A DNA stretch of 64,000 nt. Source: an uncultured Hymenobacter sp. (GTDB lineage Bacteria > Bacteroidota > Bacteroidia > Cytophagales > Hymenobacteraceae). The position numbers and the translations under genes are program-made. Positions within the stretch are counted from its first letter, which is position 1, and every line of letters starts with the position of its first letter. The notes beneath the pieces are model-generated. The model made no database searches. It was given only the letters and a program-made list of their open reading frames with translations, and was not told where the DNA came from. Positions 61,045 to 64,000 of the stretch are shown here, one piece after another. The stretch spans positions 2,278 to 66,277 of the forward strand of contig CALMOO010000657.1 of NCBI GenBank assembly GCA_937871705.1, in the 5' to 3' direction.

Positions 61045-62082
61045 CTACGCCGCTGCGCGCCGGGACGAAGCCCTCACCAGTAGCTGAGGAGTGAGCAGCA
61101 CCGGGCTGGGCGGAGGTAAACTGGGGCTAGGGTGCAGAAGAGTGAGCAGCAGCTGCACGGCCAACTGGCCCATTTGACGGCTGCACTGGTCTACGGTGGT
61201 GAGCGGCGGCTCGGTGAGTTGGGTAAAGGTGGCGTTGCTGAAGCCTGCTAGAGCTACATCGTCGGGAATGCGTAGGCCGCACTGCTTCAGCACGAGCATC
61301 GCCCCGGCCGTCGCCGAGTCGTTGGAAGAGAAAACGGCGTCGGGCGGCAAGGACAGGCGCAGCATCTGCTGCATCCCGAGGGTGCCGGCTTGCTGGTCGG
61401 GCTCGGCCCGGTACAGCAGCTCTTCCCGGTAGGGCTGGCCGTGGTCGCGCAGAGCCTGGAGGTAGCCTTGGTGCCGCTGCTGGTAAATGCCCACGTGCTG
61501 GGGACCCGAGAAATGCGCAATGCGCTGATAGCCCTCGGCCAGCAGGTGGGCTACCACCGCGTAGGCCCCGGCGTAGTCGTCAAGCACCACCGAACTGATG
61601 TGGTTGCCCGTCAATCCAGGCGCGGCTCGATCGAAAAAAACCAACGGTAGCTTCGCCGCACGCAAGGGCTCGAAGTGCGAAAAATCTTGCGTGCTGCTAG
61701 CCAGCGACACCAGCACGCCGGCTACCTGAGCGTTGGCGAGTAGCTCCAGGTTCTGCTTTTCCTGCCGCGTGTCCTCTCGCGAGGGGCACACTAACACGTT
61801 ATAGCCGGCCTTATTGGCGGCCTCAATAATACTGTCTACTACTTCGGGGAAGAAGCTGCCGGTTAGGTGCGGCAAAACTACCCCGAGCGTATTGCTATGG
61901 CCCTTGCGCAAGGCCACCGCCGTTTGGTTAGGCTGGTAGTGAAGCTCCTGGGCCAGGAGCTTCACCCGCTGCCGGGTGGTCTCGCGCACATCGGGGTAGT
62001 GCGAGAGGGCTCGCGATACCGTAGAGGGCGCCAGGTTAAGGGCGCGCGCCATATCGGCAATGGAAGTGCGATGGGGGGGCAT
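61045..62082 (-). CDS. LacI family transcriptional regulator
   Basis: SIADMARALNLAPSTVSRAL HTH, PLVFFDR, GLRIPDDVALAGF and LTTVDQ. Confidence 0.94.
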   Translation of the reverse strand: MPPHRTSIADMARALNLAPSTVSRALSHYPDVRETTRQRVKLLAQELHYQPNQTAVALRKGHSNTLGVVLPHLTGSFFPEVVDSIIEAANKAGYNVLVCPSREDTRQEKQNLELLANAQVAGVLVSLASSTQDFSHFEPLRAAKLPLVFFDRAAPGLTGNHISSVVLDDYAGAYAVVAHLLAEGYQRIAHFSGPQHVGIYQQRHQGYLQALRDHGQPYREELLYRAEPDQQAGTLGMQQMLRLSLPPDAVFSSNDSATAGAMLVLKQCGLRIPDDVALAGFSNATFTQLTEPPLTTVDQCSRQMGQLAVQLLLTLLHPSPSLPPPSPVLLTPQLLVRASSRRAAA

Positions 62083-62120
62083 GGCGGGAGCTAGGTAGGA
62101 GAATAGGAGGGGCTAGCGAC

Positions 62121-64000
62121 TTACTGTTTAGACACCGGCTTAAAGCTGATGGCCGCGCCGCCGCCAGGTGCCAGCTTAAGGGTGAGGGCCGACTTACTGG
62201 TCACGACTTGTCTGGTAATCTGATAACTGGCCGGATTTTTCTGCCAATCGGCACCTTTGCCATCGGCGTAGATGGCAGCCTCGTAACGCTGGCCAGGGGT
62301 CAGAAAATCGAGTTTGACCGATTGCGTGCGGGCCTGCTCGTCGGTGATGCTGCCCAGGTACCACTCGTCGCGGCCCTTGGCTCGGCGCACGGTGGTAAGA
62401 TAGTCACCCGGCTCGGCGGCCAAGATGCGGGTATCATCCCAGTCCACTGGCACGTCTTCGATAAATTGAAAAGCGTCGAGGTGGGCGGCGTAATTCTCTG
62501 GCAGGTCAGCCGCCATTTGCAGCGGCGAGTACATCGTCACGTACAGGGCTAGTTGCTTGGCCAGGGTGGTTTGCACCCGCCGGGCGGGGTTAGTGGCATA
62601 GCCTTGCAGCTTAAAAATGCCGGGTGTGTAGTCCATTGGCCCGCCCATGAGGCGGGTAAAGGGCATAATGGTTTCGTGCTCGGGCGGGTTGCCAATGCTG
62701 AACGCGTTGTACTCGTTGCCGCGACCTGCCTCACTGGCCAGCCAGTTGGGGTAGGTGCGGCTCAGGCCGGTGGGGCGCACCGCCTCGTGCATATCTACCG
62801 TGACATGGTGCTTAGCGGCCATCTCGGCCACGCGCACGAAGTGGTTGCTCATCCATTGCCCGTCGTGATGCTCGCCGCGCGGGATGATGCGGCCCACGTA
62901 GCCGGTTTTCACGGAGTGGTAGCCGTACTTGTTCATAAACTGATACGCCGTATCGAAGTGCTGCTCGTAATTGGTGGCCGAGCCGGAGGTTTCGTGGTGC
63001 ATGAGCATCTGCACACCTTTCGACTTGGCGTACTGCGTAACTTCTGCCACCCTGAAGTCTGGGTAGGGCGTCACAAAGTCGAACACGTTCTCCTTCCAGT
63101 TACCAAACCAGTCTTCCCAGCCCACGTTCCAGCCCTCGACCAGCACCCCGGCAATGTGGTGCTGCGCGGCAAAGTCAATGTAGCGCTTCACGTTGGCCGT
63201 GGTGGCACCGTGGCGGCTGGTCGGGATGAGCTGGCCCTTCGCGTCGAGCGTGTCGGCACTCGCAGCGTATTTCCAATCGGTGCGGCCAATCTGCATTTCC
63301 CACCACACGCCCACGAATTTCATGGGCTTTATCCAGTCGGTGCTCGCCAGCTTGCTCGGCTCGTTGAGGTTGATAATGAGCTTAGAAGCCAAAATATCTG
63401 TGGCCTTGTCGCTCACGATAATTGTGCGCCAGGGCGTGTGACTAGGCGCGTGCAAAAACGCCTTGCTGCCCACCGCATCGGGCACGAGCCGTGCCGTGAG
63501 GCGGTAGCTAGCCCTATCCACGTGCAGCTGCATGGCCGGATAATCGAGCTGCGCTGCCTCGTGAATATTGATATACAGCCCATCGGCCGACTTGAGCATG
63601 AGCGGCGTAGCCACGACCTGCGCATCGGGGGCAACGCGCACCGCAATCTCGGTCGAGGCCTTCACCTGCGCGGTGCCATCCACAGCGCTCAGCCGCGAGT
63701 GGGTGTAGTAGTACTCGTTGGTGTCGTAGTCGCCGGGTATCCAGAAGGCTTGGTGGTCGGCGGGCAGCGCAAACTCCGTTAGCTCGTCGCTGACCACGAA
63801 ATTGCCCAGGGCTAGCTGCCGGGGAAATTCGTAGCGAAAGCCCACCCCGTCGGCAAATACCCGAAACACCACATCGAGCCGCCGGCCGGGCATCTGGGGC
63901 TGGCGCAGGTGCACGGTTAGCTGCTGGTAGTGATTGCGAATGTTTTTCACTTCGCCCCAGACAGGCTGCCAGGTTTCATCCACATCTTTCACCTCGCTGC
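62121..64000 (-). CDS. glycoside hydrolase family 97 (SusB-like alpha-glucosidase), 5' end outside window
   Basis: TPWRTII, KRYIDFAA, LVEGWN, MHHETS, VKTGYVG, RTYPN, GPMDYTPG and SPLQMAAD. The frame is open to the window edge. Confidence 0.93.
   Translation of the reverse strand, partial: SEVKDVDETWQPVWGEVKNIRNHYQQLTVHLRQPQMPGRRLDVVFRVFADGVGFRYEFPRQLALGNFVVSDELTEFALPADHQAFWIPGDYDTNEYYYTHSRLSAVDGTAQVKASTEIAVRVAPDAQVVATPLMLKSADGLYINIHEAAQLDYPAMQLHVDRASYRLTARLVPDAVGSKAFLHAPSHTPWRTIIVSDKATDILASKLIINLNEPSKLASTDWIKPMKFVGVWWEMQIGRTDWKYAASADTLDAKGQLIPTSRHGATTANVKRYIDFAAQHHIAGVLVEGWNVGWEDWFGNWKENVFDFVTPYPDFRVAEVTQYAKSKGVQMLMHHETSGSATNYEQHFDTAYQFMNKYGYHSVKTGYVGRIIPRGEHHDGQWMSNHFVRVAEMAAKHHVTVDMHEAVRPTGLSRTYPNWLASEAGRGNEYNAFSIGNPPEHETIMPFTRLMGGPMDYTPGIFKLQGYATNPARRVQTTLAKQLALYVTMYSPLQMAADLPENYAAHLDAFQFIEDVPVDWDDTRILAAEPGDYLTTVRRAKGRDEWYLGSITDEQARTQSVKLDFLTPGQRYEAAIYADGKGADWQKNPASYQITRQVVTSKSALTLKLAPGGGAAISFKPVSKQ

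Noticed and set aside
62553-63782. 409-aa plus-strand ORF
   Set aside because: Antisense shadow of GH97.

Overview
GC-rich Bacteroidota DNA. The SusC/SusD pairs, T9SS C-terminal domains, a hybrid two-component system (HTCS) and TAnnTTTG -7 promoter boxes point to this phylum; Hymenobacter-like Cytophagales is my inference. The window reads as an accessory mosaic. (i) 0-15.5 kb: Crp/Fnr with a Zn-dehydrogenase, an AlkB-AlkA-amidohydrolase-decarboxylase-like run, and a TetR-RND efflux operon with a tail of odd small genes. (ii) 16-23.6 kb: a CAZyme-free SusC-SusD-AmpG-like MFS operon that ends in a translationally coupled soluble diadenylate-cyclase-like (DAC, DGA/RHR) gene. This is the best candidate for an undescribed system, and it shares a tandem operator-like motif with the TetR/RND locus. 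(iii) 23.8-30.3 kb: oxidoreductases, AraC, Crp/Fnr and YceI. (iv) 31-57 kb: an alpha-mannan-type PUL (2x GH76, GH92, GH2, SGNH esterases, SusCD, LacI, HTCS) with a duplicated promoter module, bracketed by decayed IS3 and IS1182 elements. (v) 59.5-64 kb: the tail of an alpha-glucan locus (GH13, LacI, GH97). No rRNA, tRNA or CRISPR array was seen. All family calls come from motif recognition by eye, not from database searches.
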